DNA of 64,000 bases, from positions 11,036,001 to 11,100,000 of the forward strand of contig NC_086099.1 of assembly GCF_963921235.1 (NCBI RefSeq), in the 5' to 3' direction. Both the position numbers and the translations under genes were made by a program. The DNA is from Mobula hypostoma (lineage: Eukaryota). The number at the start of each line of letters is the position of its first letter. Within the stretch, counting starts at the first letter, position 1. The notes below the pieces were generated by a model that worked only from the letters and a program-made list of their open reading frames with translations, searched no databases and was not told the origin of the DNA. Below are positions 37,491-50,700 of the stretch, piece after piece.

Positions 37491-38259
37491 CATAAACTTA
37501 TAAACTTCAATCGGATCTCTCCTCTGCTACAGTGAAAACAACCCAAGTTTGTCCAACCTCTCATTATAGCACACTGGGGCGAGAACACTTGGTGGATGCA
37601 CACCTTATACACATGCATTTAGAAACACACAGACTTTGTCTTGTTATTCAGCTGTCATTGCTCTGAGTGTACACAATTCACTGTCTTCCCTGATAACCAT
37701 ATAACAATTACAGCACAGAAACAGGCCATCTCGGCCCTTCTAGTCCGTGCCAAACTCATTCTCATTCATGACTCATTCTCATAATGAGTCCTAAACCAAG
37801 CTGAATGCACTCAGATTAGCTTTATGGTGTCCTTCCCGCCATACACAGTAGAGCATTCCATTTCTTTAGTAATGGGGATGTGTAAATGTGTATATGTCAT
37901 TGTATACTGGATTTAAGGTAGATATTTCTGTTTATTTTGTAATATGATTGTAACTACATTGTGAGGTGCATCATATTCTAATCATATGTAGTTTAAGTTA
38001 ACTTTGTTGGTAATTAAAGATGGTATGTCTTGGTGCCGAATAAAATGAGGTGTTTATCCTCAGTACGAGAGAGAGAGACCAGGACTGCCAGGACTTCTCA
38101 CTGGACAAGTACAAGTACAAAACTATTATTGTGTTTTCTGGTAGATATTGTTTAGTAAATATTGGCAGTTTTATTTTCACTATTTTTGCAATGCTTGATT
38201 TTGACGCAATTAATAAATACACTTGCACTAAAGTGCTAAGCAACTCTTGCTACACACTA

Positions 38260-38345
38260 AGTGCTGGAGGAACTCAGCAGGCCAGGCAGCATCTATGAAA
38301 AAACGTACAGTCGATGTTTCAGGCCGAGACCCTTCGGCAGGACCC
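38260..38345 (-). mobile_element. PLE tail fragment with a hammerhead variant core
   Basis: The reverse strand reads gtcCTGCCGAagggtctcggcctGAAAcatcgactg. Confidence 0.75.
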
Positions 38346-38659
38346 TAGCTACTTTTTTTCTTTGGTCGTAACCCACATAAATAACACACATACTTTCTAA
38401 ACCAGATCCAAATCAATAGAAGTGCACCTGCTATAAGCAAAGAGGAATTCACACAATTCAGTGCTCTTATCCCGTACTCTATAAGTTCAATACCAGAGGC
38501 CAATGTAGGGGAAAAAAAAACAAAAGCTGGCAGGCACTTTGGAACTTTTGCATTTGTGTGGAAATTCCTGCTTTATTGTCAGCTACCTGGGGAAATATTG
38601 GCAGTTAGGTGGTTACTGCCAATATTTTCTCTGTAAACCCTCACATGCCTTCCTGCAAA

Positions 38660-39100
38660 TTGAGGACTTGAGTTACAAAGAAAGCTTAAATAGGCTAGGA
38701 CTTTACTCACTGGAACATTGGAGAATGAGGGGAGATTTGATAGAGGCATAAAAAGTTATGAGAGGTATAGGTCGGGTCAATGCAAGCAGGCTTTTTCCAC
38801 TGAGGGTGAGTGAGACGACAACTAGAAGTCATGGGTGAAAAGCGCAATATTTAAGGGGATTATGAGGGGGATCTTCACTCAGACGGTGAGAGTAAGGAAT
38901 TTTTCACTCAGAGTAGGGAACGAGTTGCCAGCAATAGTGGTGGATGTGGATTTGATTGAAATGTTTAAGAGTAGTTTGGATAATTATATGGATAGGAAAG
39001 GTGTAGAGGGCTATGGTTGATGGGACTAGGCAGAATAATGGCTCGGCATGGACTAGCTGGTTCAAAGGGACTGTTTCTGTGCTGTGGTGTTCTATGACTC
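38660..39100 (+). mobile_element. CR1 LINE 3' fragment
   Basis: Reads LSYKESLNRLGLYSLEHWRMRGDLIEA. Confidence 0.85.
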
Positions 39101-39324
39101 TATATCATTTAAATCTAATTCATATTTCCTGCTTTATATTTTCAAAGGTTGAGTGAGTTAGGGTTTTTCTCTTTGAAGCAGCAGGATATGAGAAGTGACT
39201 TGACTGAAATGTTTAAGACTCATCACAATTCTAAACTGATTCTGCAACCTACAGACTCACTTCAGAACTCAAGTTCTCAGTATTATTTTCATACGTGCAT
39301 AAGTTGTCTACATTGTTATGGGCA

Positions 39325-39900
39325 GAGATAGAGGAGCAATTAGGCCATTTGGCCCATCAAGTCTGCTCTGTCATTTCACCATGGTTGATCCATTTCCCTC
39401 TCAGCCTCAATCTCTTACCATCTCCCCGTGTCCCTTCATGCCCTGACTAATGAAGATTCTATCAACCCCTGCCTTAAATATACCGAATGATTTGGCCTCC
39501 ACAGCCACTTGTCGCAACAAATTCCACAGATTCACCACTCTCTAGCTCAAGAACTTCCTCCTCATCATTTCCATTTTAAATCAATGTCCCTTTATTCTGA
39601 GGCTGTGCCCTCTGGTCCTAGGTTCCCCCACTAAAGGAATCATCCACTCTGCTGAGGTCTTTCAACACTCGATGGGTTTCAATGAGATCCCCCTCATTTT
39701 TCTGAACTCCAAAGAGCACAGGCCCAGAGCCACCAATTGGTCCTCATAGGGTAACCTGTTCCTTTACAGAATCATTCTCGTGAACCTTCTCTGAACCCTC
39801 TCAAATGTCATCACATCCTTTCTTAGATAAGGGGCCTAAAACTGCTTATGATACTCCAAGCGAGGCCTCACCAGTTCTTTATAAAGCCTCAGTATTACAT
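39325..39900 (-). mobile_element. CR1 LINE 3' fragment
   Basis: Reverse complement of the RT end and 3' UTR. Confidence 0.8.
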
Positions 39901-40089
39901 GGGATGGGAGTGGGTGTGACACAAGGACACTGTGGGCCCAACCACTCCTTAGTGTCTCTACAATGAGTGAATCAAATGTGAACGGGATTACATTATGGCA
40001 GAAGCTACTGCAAGTTTTTACTGAATCATAAAATACCAGAGGCCACTTGATCCATTATACACTTGTTTGCTCACTGAACCACTGGTTGA

Positions 40090-41332
40090 TGTTCAAGATG
40101 GCGCCAGCAAACATCGCAACCAATGGTGATGTCCTGCATGCGATTCATGAAACTACATTTTTATTTCTTCTTCTTTTGAATATTACTCTACTACTAAGCT
40201 GTGTGTGATTGGAACCTGTGATTTACCTTCCGATGGTTTGTTTATGGGTCGGTTGGGTGATCTGATCTTGGGAATGAGAGGGTTAACATATGAGGAACGG
40301 TTGTCCACTCTTGGACTGTATTCCTTGATTAGAAGAATGAGGGGAGACCTTATAGAAACATTTCGAATGTTGAAAGGCATGGACAGAGTGGATGGGGCAA
40401 AGTTGTTTCCCATGATGGGGGAGTCTAGTACGAGAGGGCATGACTTAAGGATTGAAGGGTGCCCATTCAGAACAGAAATGCGAAGAAATTTTTTTAGTCA
40501 GAGGGTGGTGAATCTATGGAATTTGTTGCCACGGGCAGCAGTGGAGGCCAAGCCATAAGGCAGAGATTGATAGGTATCTGAGTAGCCAGGGCATCAAAGG
40601 TTATGGTGAGAAGGCGGGGGAGTGGGACTAAATAGGAGAATGGATCAGCTCATGATAAAATGGCGAAGCAGACTCGATGGACCGAATGGCCGACTTCTGC
40701 TCCTTTGTCTTATGGTCTTTACTATCTCCGAGGGAGTTTGGTGAGGTTAGGAGTGGAGTGTGTGGCCTGCTGGCCTGGAAGTGGGGCAGGAGCCCATGAT
40801 TGACACCACTATATCCATCTGATTGAGGTGGCGAGCGAGGTTGACGTCAACGAAGCTGAGAATAGAGTGCTGGTGGGAGCTCAGTGCCATCTGTCTGCAT
40901 CGGTCTTCCTCTCCCTCTCTCTCGCTAGCTGCTGTTGCAGGAGTTTTGGTTTCCACGTTGCAAGGATTGATTAGCCAAGCTTGTAGCTGTGTTTTCGTTT
41001 TTGGGGACTTTGAGGACCATGTTCCATGTGTTTCTGGATTCTGGTTAATTTTTTTTTGCTGTTTTCGGTTGGTTTCATCGGGGCATCTCGGCGCAGATGG
41101 GCTCAGCGCTGAACTGAATACTTCTGAACTCCTGGTTTGAGGCTTCATGTTCTATGTGTTGTTTGTTCGCTTTTTGCCATTTGCGCAATTTGTTCTGTTT
41201 TGTGCGTTGGGCCTTTGATGTTTTCTTCGAATGGATTCCATGGTGTTCCCTTGTTTCCTAGATGCCTGTGGGCGGGTGAATCTCAGAGTTGTATCCTGCA
41301 TACTTACTTTGGTAATAAATGTACTTTAAATC
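40090..41332 (+). mobile_element. Non-autonomous LINE-like element (5' CAAGATGGCG, Rex-type 3' tail) split by a CR1
   Basis: caagatggcgcc starts at 40095. The tail is gaatctcagagttgta...aataaatgtacttt. Confidence 0.5.
40263..40719 (+). mobile_element. Young CR1 LINE 3' fragment
   Basis: Reads GMRGLTYEERLSTLGLYSL.RRMRGDLIETFRMLKG...FFSQRVVNLWNLLP, and CpGs are retained. Confidence 0.9.
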
Positions 41333-41564
41333 GATTCGGATTTATTTATCAGCTGTACATCGGAATACACAGTGAAATGCATTGTTTGAGCTAACAACCA
41401 ACAGAACCTATGGATGTGCTGGGGGCAGCCTGCAAGAGTTGCCATACATTCTGGCGCTAACTCTGGAATGACATCCAGTGGTCGAACACCCTTTGCTCTT
41501 TCCTAAATGGATGCCAAAAGGGATGACGATTTGCTGGAAATGACATGGAAACAGAGCGAGGTGT

Positions 41565-42265
41565 TAGCTTCCTGTTCCGACATGTCAGTCCATTGCCTCC
41601 TCATCTGCCATGATGAGGCCATGCTCAAGGTGGAGGAGCAACACCTCATATTCTGTCTAGAATGCCTCCAACCTGATGGCACGAACATTGATTTCTCTCT
41701 TTCAGGTAATTTTTTTCCCTTCCCCTTTCCTTTTCTTCAATTCCTTACCCTGGCCTCTTATTTCTTCTCCTCACTTGCCTATCACCTCCCCAGTAACTCC
41801 CCTCCTTCCCTTTCTCGCATGGTCCACTCTCCTCTCCAATCAGTTTCCTTCTTCTCCGGCCCTTTACCTTTCCCACCTATCACCTCCCAGTTTCTTACCT
41901 CATCCTCCCTCCTCCAACCACCTCACTTCACTTATCACCTTCTAGCTTATACTCACTTCCCTCTCCCCACCTCCTTATCGTGGCACCTTCCTTCGTGGTA
42001 TAAATTTATTTATCGAGATTACAGAGCAGATTGTACCCTTCTCTGGCTCTTCAAGGCCATGTTGCCCAGCAATACCCCAATTTAATCCCAGCCTAAACAC
42101 AGAATAATCTACAATGCCCAATTACAGTGCCCTATTGAAGAAGGGTCTTGGCCTGAAACATCGATAGTTCATTCGCTTCCATAGATGCTGCCCGACCTGC
42201 TGAGTCCCTCCAGCATTTTGTGTGTGTCGTCTGAACTTCCAGCATCTGCAGAACCTCTTGTGTTT
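41565..42265 (+). mobile_element. Penelope-like element 3' end (GIY-YIG C-terminus) with a SINE tail inserted near 42000-42125
   Basis: ORF 41507-42085 contains SDMSVHCLLICHDEAMLKVEEQHLIFCLECLQPDGTNIDFS. A hammerhead remnant lies near 42135-42165. Confidence 0.85.
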
Positions 42266-42915
42266 TAAACATTAGCTAATACAGAACCTTAGCCCGTTAT
42301 GTTAAGAGATTCAATCTCTGTAACGGAAACATCAACTATAAGAGAGTGGAGGAGTTTTTTTTCTGAGTCAGAATTTGCTACAGTAAACACAATGAGACTG
42401 CAAGTTTGGTATGCAAAGACAAATGTATTCAGTGCCAGTTTTTATGAAATCAGTTATTTGGCAACAGTTGCAGACCATCTTGACGAGGTGGTGCAGGCTG
42501 ACATCAGATGTGTATGACTACAGCTTGATTACAACTTGGTTCTTTCCAGCACTGATAGTCATAGAGCACTACAGCAGAGAAACAGGCCCTTCAGCCCATC
42601 TAGTCTGTGCCAAACTGATATGAAGAATCTCGGCCTGAAACGTTCACCATTTATTTCCATCCATAGATGCTACCTGAGTTGCTGAGCTCCTCCTGCATTT
42701 TGTGTGAGTTGCTCAAGATTTCCAGCCTCCGCTTAATCTCAGTGGCTTGATGCATTATTTTTCAGTTTGAAGGCTATGAAAGAGCAGTTCTCCAACTTCA
42801 GAAGTTAACTTTAATCAATGGTTAATAATGCCTCCACATAAACTCCCTGCTTTGTCATTCAGTAATGCCATAAACTGTGGAAATTTTTTTGAGAATACCA
42901 GTCAGATGTGCATAA

Positions 42916-43212
42916 TTTTACTTATTTAGAGATACAATGCGGAGTACACCCTTCTGGCCCTTTGAGCTGTGACGCCCCAGCAACCACGGATCCAATGCTA
43001 GCCTTATTGCAGAACAATTTACAATGACCAATTAACCTTCCAGCCGTTACGTCTTTGGCCTGCGGGAGGAAACTGGAGCACCCGGAGAAAGCCAACGCAT
43101 TTCAAGGGGAGGATGTACAGATTCCTTACAGGTGACATTAGAATTGAACTCCGAACTCTGGCGCCTCGAGCTGCTATAGAGTCGTGCTAACCGCTACACT
43201 ACCGTGGCACCC
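42916..43212 (-). mobile_element. Near full-length V-SINE
   Basis: Has a tRNA-like head, V-domain and AT-rich tail. It splits a duplicated unique block. Confidence 0.8.
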
Positions 43213-44329
43213 AGTTCTGACCAGGAATTTGGAAACGGAGTGAGTGGGTGGCACAATGCTTTACTGCATCGGCTGTAAGTTTGGGGTTAGCTGTAAGTTC
43301 AGGGCTCAATTCCTGCTGCTGTCTATAAGGAGTTTTTATGTTCGCCTTAGTGACTGCATTATTTCCCCCAGGTGCTCTGTTTACCTCTCACGTTCCAAAG
43401 ATGAACAGGTAGGGTTAGTAAGCTGTGGGCATGCTATATTGGCAAGCTTTGTGGGCTCCCGGCACATCCCCAGTTTGCGTTGGCATTTCCCTGTATTTTT
43501 CGAAATGCATGTGATAAAGTAAATCTTCAATCTTTATGTACTGCCAGTGTAGCACATCTTCGCACAAATGATGACTTTCACTGCATGATTCAATATTTCG
43601 ATGTACACGTGACAAATAAAGCTAATCTTTAGTCAGCAAGTCTCTAACTTCAGAAATTAAATTTAACCAACGGTTAACAATGCTTCCACATAAACTCCCT
43701 GCTTCTGCACTCTATGCCGCCGTAAATCGCAGAAATTCCTTTGAGAGTTGCCCAGTAAAATGTGCATAGTTCTGACCAGGAACCGAAAAAAAAAATCCGT
43801 GGGCGGATGTCAGAAAAGTGTTTTGAACCGAGGCATGGCTCAAACTATTTTCTTGATCAGAGAGCAGTCACTGTTACCAGGAGTTCCTGCTCATATTGCG
43901 CCCAGATGGAAGCTCACCATTGCACCAATTAATGCAATAGAACTGATGAATAAAGCATTAAAGCTGAGCTCGGACTATTTGAAATTAGTACGGTGTAGGC
44001 AGAATAGAAAGCAGGTTATTCATTCCCCAGCAAGTGTGCCTTACCAATTTCCTCACATTCAAAAATAAATCAATCAAGAGCATACTTATTTTTGAGGTGG
44101 GGACATGGAATTACTTTATATCTGGAATAAGTGTGTGTTTTTACATTTTTTATGAAGTGTATGATGTGTTTTTCTTGTTCCCTGTGCCAAGAAATTGCAC
44201 GGTGTATTTTATAAGTCTGGGATTTGTATGTTTTGTAATCAGACTGTAAGCTGGCTACCTAATATGTTTTTTTTTGGTGAGGATCAGAATTCATGATATT
44301 CAGTGCAGTGTCTCTTGTTTCCGCAACAG

Positions 44330-44410
44330 CCAACATCAGAAGAGCATGCCTTGGCTCGGCTTTTAAACAGCACCTTTAATGAGATGACTGTCATGAGAAA
44401 AATGGAAAAT
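44330..44410 (+). CDS. Candidate 81-bp symmetric coding exon of an unidentified gene (PTSEEHALARLLNSTFNEMTVMRKMEN)
   Basis: Acceptor tctcttgtttccgcaacAG and donor GTGAGT bound an open phase 0-0 frame in non-repeat context. I do not recognise the protein. Confidence 0.2.
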
Positions 44411-44561
44411 GTGAGTTGCAAATTCATTCTGGGTGAAGCCCAAGTAAACAGCTGTGGTTTTGGACAGTTAAACAGAACCTCACAAGAGCTGACCACTATA
44501 GCAGCTGCCAAAATCTCTCCACCTTACAATAAAGGAAAGGCTACCTAAAACAAAAGTTCGG

Positions 44562-44790
44562 AACAACAATGCACAAAAAGCTGGAGGAACTCAAAAACTT
44601 AGTGTGTTGAAAAAGCTGGAGGTCAGGCAGCGTTTATGGAGGGGAATGAACAGTCCACGATATGGGCTGATGCCCTTCATCAAGGCCCGAAACAATGACT
44701 GTTTATTCCCATCCATAGATTCTGCCTGACCTACTGAGTTCCTCCAGCATCTTGTGTGTGCTACTCTGGATTTCCTGCATCTTTTGTTTC
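44562..44790. mobile_element. PLE-derived palindromic insertion
   Basis: Inverted arms meet at gcccttcatcaaggcccgaaac, i.e. at the hammerhead halves. Confidence 0.75.
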
Positions 44791-45584
44791 ACAGTTAAAT
44801 TTACTGCTTGTATGTTACTACAGACTGTATCCAATCTTTGACAGGAGATGATAATATAAATATAAGACCATAATGACACAGGAACAGAATTAGACTATTT
44901 GGCCCATTGAGTCTGCTCTGCCATTCGATCATGGCTGATTTATTATCTCTTTCAACCCCATTCTGCTGCCTTCTCCCCATAATCTTTATTGATCAACAAC
45001 CTATCAATCCACCCTCTGGCTGAAGAAATTCCTTCTCATCTCTGTTCCAAATATTCCATAATTTCCAAGGATAACTAAATAGATTCACAGAGTACGACAA
45101 CTCCAAAACAGGCCATTCAGCCCCTCTAGACTATATGAAACTTCTTCTGCCTAGTCCCATATACCTGCATCTGGATCTTAGCCCTCCACATCCTTCCTAT
45201 CCATTTACATTTCTGTACATCTCTAAACTTCATTATATAGAATTGATCTACTCCCTCAACCCTATGAACCATCAATAATGTGCACCAACACCACTCACCC
45301 ACTGCTCCTCCGAAATCTAATATATACTGCTTCAGTTCTTAGTGTGTTGGATCATCTGTTGATGCCTTACCAACCACTAACCCATAGGACCAGGTATCCA
45401 TAAAGCTGAACACTAAAGCAGGAGTAAGTGAAGCAGAGGGCGTTCTGTGTGGAGAAAATTTCCTTGCGGTGGTAATGTCCTCGGCTACCAGGCTGAAGTC
45501 CCTGCTGCAGCTATGTCTCTTCTTCCCTACCCTGTTGCCAAGGATCATCATTTTGACGTGATGGAGAGATCTGTGAGTTCCTGA

Positions 45585-45900
45585 GATCCCCAGAGCGATG
45601 CTATCTGGAGCTTAGCTCCTGGTAGGGTCACCTATGGTGGTAAGTTCACGGGGAAGGTTCCAGACAGAGAGTGATTGAAACAAGACCTCAACGATGGAGC
45701 TAGCAGAAGATGATGACACATCACGAAGACAGTGAAGGCGGAGGAAGGCTGCAGCTATGAAGGAACCTCAGTCATCTTGCACCCCAGGCCACTGGACCCT
45801 GATCCCAATCTGTCAAGGACCGTGTGGTGGCTGCCCGTGTATCACCCTCCCCACTTTAAACAAAGTCATGCACGGGCGGTCTCCATTAAGGGAATAACTC
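45585..45900 (+). mobile_element. RTE/Expander-like 5' UTR-derived element
   Basis: The gcgatgctatctggagcttagctcctggtagggtcacc.atgg motif resembles that in 9880-10290. Confidence 0.45.
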
Positions 45901-46999
45901 CTCAAGGGAACAGCATACTCGACTCGAGTGCTCGCACTACTGTGGTGTCACCAAAATTGGTCATGTCATTGGACGGAGTCATGTGAAGATGCAAGAGACG
46001 CAGTCAATAGGAAAGACACCAAAGCCAACAAAGCTTCTATCTCCTTCTCAGCTTACTCCACTAGCTCAGTGTAGAACTGCATTCATAGGTTCTTGATTAG
46101 TAAGGGTATCAAAGGTTACAGGGAGAAGGAGGAAGAATGGGATTGAGAGGGAAAATAAATCAACCATAATTAAGTGGTGGAGCAGACTCAATGGCCCGAT
46201 TGACCTAATTCTGCTATGGTCTCATCCTTCAAATATCACGGTCCTGAACCAGTGTGGATAATTTCATTCACCCCAGCAATGAACTGATTCCACAACCTAT
46301 GGACTCACTTTCAAGGACTCTACAAATCATGTTCTCGGTGTTATTTATTTATTATTTTATTCTTCCTTTTGTATTTATCACACTGGTTGTTTGCCTGCCT
46401 TGTGTGCAGTTTTTCATTGATTCCATTGTGTTTCTTTGTATCTACTGTGAATGCCCACAAGAAAATGAATCTCAGGTAGCAGATAACAACATACATATAC
46501 TTTGATAGTAAATTTACTATGAACTTTGAAAACAAAAGTACACTGCAATTGGGGACCAAGACATTAATAGAGAGACAAATTAATAACTTGCAGTTGCAGC
46601 TTATCTATGGTAAAGAGACCATGTGAAAAATTATACACAAGTCCCCAGAATTCACAAAGGCCTATTATTAAATCAAAGATACACTTGATATTGTGGGAGA
46701 AACAGAATAAAGGTAGCAGCTTGTCAATGGGAGAAGGTACAAACAGAAAAGACAGATGCAAAAAAGCTGCCAGGGTAAATGGCAGGCAGACTAGTGGGGA
46801 GAAACAGCAAGATTCTCACTGAAGAAGTAACACATATTTTTAGCTTAAATCAAGTCCTAACTACATTAATATTGCTTAAAGCAAAAATGAGGTTACCATT
46901 TCCCTGGCATATCTGTTCCTGCTCGAACATGTGCAGTGTTTATTGATAATTTCAGAAGAACTATTACAGTTTGTTAAAAATCTAAAAATTGGCTTAAAG

Positions 47000-47770
47000 A
47001 TCTTTGAGAGTCAAAGTAAAGTTTATTATCGAAGTTTGTATATGTTACCATATGCTACAATGATACTCATTTTTTGCAGGCATTTACAGGAAAATGAAGA
47101 AACTCTATAGAAAACCACATAAATAAAGACTGACAAAAATGCAAAAAAGACAAATTGTTCAAATAATAATAATAATATGAACAAAGAATAATGTGATCTT
47201 GAGTGGAATCAGAGCAGAGTTGTGGTGAGTGAAGAAATGCCACACTGGAGGATATTGAGACACCGAGAACAAGAGCTGTACAGTCCTTGAATGTGAGTCT
47301 GTCAGTTATGGAATCAGTTCAGTGTTGGAATGAGTGAAGTTGTCCATGCTGGTTCAGGAGGGGTAATGACTGTTTCTCACTGTGGTGATGTGGGAAGGGA
47401 TCCTGTACCTCCTTCCTGAACCAAGAAGAGAGAAACGACATACTAACAGAGACAGGCAGACAACCAATGTGCAGAAGATAACAAATTGTGAAAATACAAA
47501 AAGAAAAACGCATTAAAAATAATAATTATAAATAAATAAGTAATAAATAATTTTGAGAATGAGAACTGTAGAGTACTTGAAAGTGAATCCATAGGTTGTG
47601 GAATCAGTTCAGTCTTGAGGTGAGTGAAGTTATCCACTTTGGTTTAGGGCCTTGATAGTCATGGGGTAATAACTGTTCCTGAAGCTGATGGTGTGGGACC
47701 CAAGGCTCTTGTACCTTTTGCCCAATGGTAGTAGTAAGAAGAGAGTATGGCTCTGGATGGTTGCTGAGGG
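47000..47770 (-). mobile_element. Cluster of Rex1/Babar-type 3' ends
   Basis: Several reverse family UTR segments. Confidence 0.7.
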
Positions 47771-50700
47771 GGTGGGGGTGGGGGGGGAGGTCGTGGTGGG
47801 AGTCCTTGATTCTATGTATTTTTAGAGGTAACAGTGCATACTTTTTTGGCTTATCAGAAGAATGATGATTTTTTTTCTAAAAATTGCTTCTAAGATCAGA
47901 GAATTCTTACATCACCGGGAAGTATCCACCTGCCTTTGCTAAATTGCATGTCATCTGAGAGATCTAACATCTGAAATAAGAAACGAATATTCAAGGCCCC
48001 AAGCCATGTTTTCAGTGAATGTGTACTAAAAATGGAAATTAGGATATGAAATCTTTAATTGTAGCTCAATTATCAATTGACCAGCACATAATTATCTTCT
48101 ATTTCTATTCGAGTAAAGATTTAATAAATTATCAGATAATTTTTCTTCCTAAACTAAGACATGCTAAGCGTATAAATAAGTTAAAAAAAAAGAAACACAC
48201 ACAAAATGCTGGAGGAACTCGACAGGTCAGGCAGCATGTATGGAGAGGAATAAACAGTCGATGTTTCAGGTCAAGACCCCTCAGCGGGGAAAAAAATAAT
48301 GTCTTTCTTAATACTGGGTACCTTAGATGACAAATACTGCATCGTAATACTGAAATAATTAGAGAAAGGATTTGGAAATGCAGGTAATTGTGATTTCTGA
48401 AATTCATTGTACAGAATAAGAAACAAAAGTGAAGAATTAAAACACATCATCACCAAGTCAAAAATAGGAACAGAAAGGTGAGGAAGATCACTCACTACCA
48501 AAGGCATTTGAGGGTGGCTGAGGTTGATCAGGATTGGTTCCCTGCCTTGTGGGAACCAGTTGCGGCCGTTTGCCCAGCTCCCATCAGAAAGAAGGCTACA
48601 CAGCATCCACGCCAGGGCCACCAGACTAAAAAATGGTTACTTTCCCCAAGCAGTAAGGCTGATCAACACTTCTACCCACTAACCCATCTCTCCACACCCC
48701 AACCACTACTACTTTATCATTTCCTGTCAGTTACCTTATGTCCAGACACTCCTGTGCGTAGTGTCACTTTATAGGCATATAGGCGTAAAAATCAATCTTT
48801 TTTTATTAAGTGCAATCGTGAACAATAGCCAGATCAGAAATGCTGATCAAGTCAACTAGTTCCCAAAGAGAACTCTGATAGGCCGATCAGGTGGTTCACT
48901 GCTGCTCAGCGATAGAACACCAAAAAAAAATCACATGTACAATTAAGAAACATTAAAAATCTATGTATATCTATGTATATAAGCTATCTTATGTACTTAT
49001 ATTTATTGTACTTTTAAATTATTACTATGTTCTTTAATTTATTGTGTTTTTTTGAGCTGCACCAGATCCGGAGTAACAATTATTTTGTTCTCCTTTATAT
49101 TTGTGTACTGGAAATGACATTAAACAATCTTGAATCTTGTGTGGTCCTGCCAGTTTCTCTAGGTCAAAGTGGGAGTTTGGGAAAATGCTTGTTGAGAGTA
49201 AATCTCACATGCCAATAGGTTTATCTCCAATAATCATGTACAAACGTAAAAAAGAAACAACACTGAAATTACCAAGAAAATAACCTTTCAAAATGACACT
49301 GTCTTCTGTTTTAGGATCAATAGCAAAGCAAACACAGCGAAGTATCACAAGAGTGGTCTTTGCACGCATGACCAATCCCATACCGTGACAAGGGTGCTAG
49401 CATGCGGTGAGAGGAAGAAATGTTCTGTCACACAGCACTGCATGAGAGGAATCAGGGGTCGGATTAAGACATAAAAACAGAGCCAAAACAATTCAAAGGG
49501 ATTATCTTTTGTAACACAAGAAAACTGAAATGAATTAACCCTTCTGCCAATGACAGTCTTTGAATCAGAGCCTTAGCAAACAAGGTCAACTCAAGAGAAA
49601 AGATTAACGGCCTGAATCTTGAAGCAAGTAATGGCATTGACAAAAAAGTATTACTATTTTCTTAAAAAGAGCTGCAGTGTAATTCCTTCCGGGGGTGGGG
49701 GAATAAAAGAGCTTGGGGCTCATTTAAAAGACCACATATTGATGAAAATGGTTACTAAAACAAAAAGGGTGTTGGTGAAAAAAATAATTTCCACATTAAA
49801 GAGAGATTGTACTAAAAGAGAATGGTTAAAAATTATCAAGGGAAAAAAGTAATTTAACACAAGTGGAAAAATCATGCAATGAATTATTTTAAAATGCAAC
49901 AAATCTGTTGCATTTTGAAGTGTTTAAGTTGACTGCAAAATTCATATTAGAACACTTGTCATTTTTAAAAGCCCTATTCATTTACATAATTCTAAGTATA
50001 GAAGTATTACTTTAGACATAGATATTAATAATAGTTTATAATCTAGCTGTTTTTGTATTAACATCAACATTAGGGACAGGCATCAGTTTTCTGAATGAAC
50101 AATGAACCCATGTGAATTACCTCACTATTTTTTTTCTTTTTTGCTTTCTTTTACACTTCTTATTTAATTTATTTTTACATATATATTACAATTTATATAT
50201 TTTTATTAGTATGCATTGTAATGAACTGCTGCTGCAAAACAACAAATTTCACGACATATGCCAGTGATATTAAACCTGATTCTGATTCTCCAGAAGTACC
50301 AGCAATGCTTACATCCTAAAAAAATAAAGATATGGCATTGAGAGAGTTAATTTGCTCAGGAAAGAATCAAAATTAGGTAACAGTGAAGACCACATAGAGT
50401 AGGTAGTCTAGCAAGCTTGCAATAGATGCCATCTGACAGGGGAAAAAAAAGCAAACTTTAAAAAGTTTGGGCTCAGTGCCAATCTTAAAAATGTAACTGG
50501 CACTGGATGGCTGTGAGCATGTAGTGCACATGAATGTGAACCCACGGGTGTTGGTGTCAAACTGCTATCAGCAGGATAATAACACTATCAATATTATTTC
50601 TGCTCAAAACAGTAACCTGTCACTTGAGTCAGGATTCTACCTGGAACCTCAACCAATTTCTGCTGGATCTGCAGTTTTGCCTTCAGTCCATTAGTAAAAA

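Noticed and set aside
41507-42085. Longest ORF (192 aa) as a host gene
   Set aside because: It is a PLE GIY-YIG remnant reading through a stop-poor pyrimidine tract into a SINE tail.
49315-49406. Possible exon (ttttAG...GTGAGA, INSKANTAKYHKSGLCTHDQ...)
   Set aside because: The peptide is unrecognised, and joining it to the 44330-44410 candidate gives an immediate stop.
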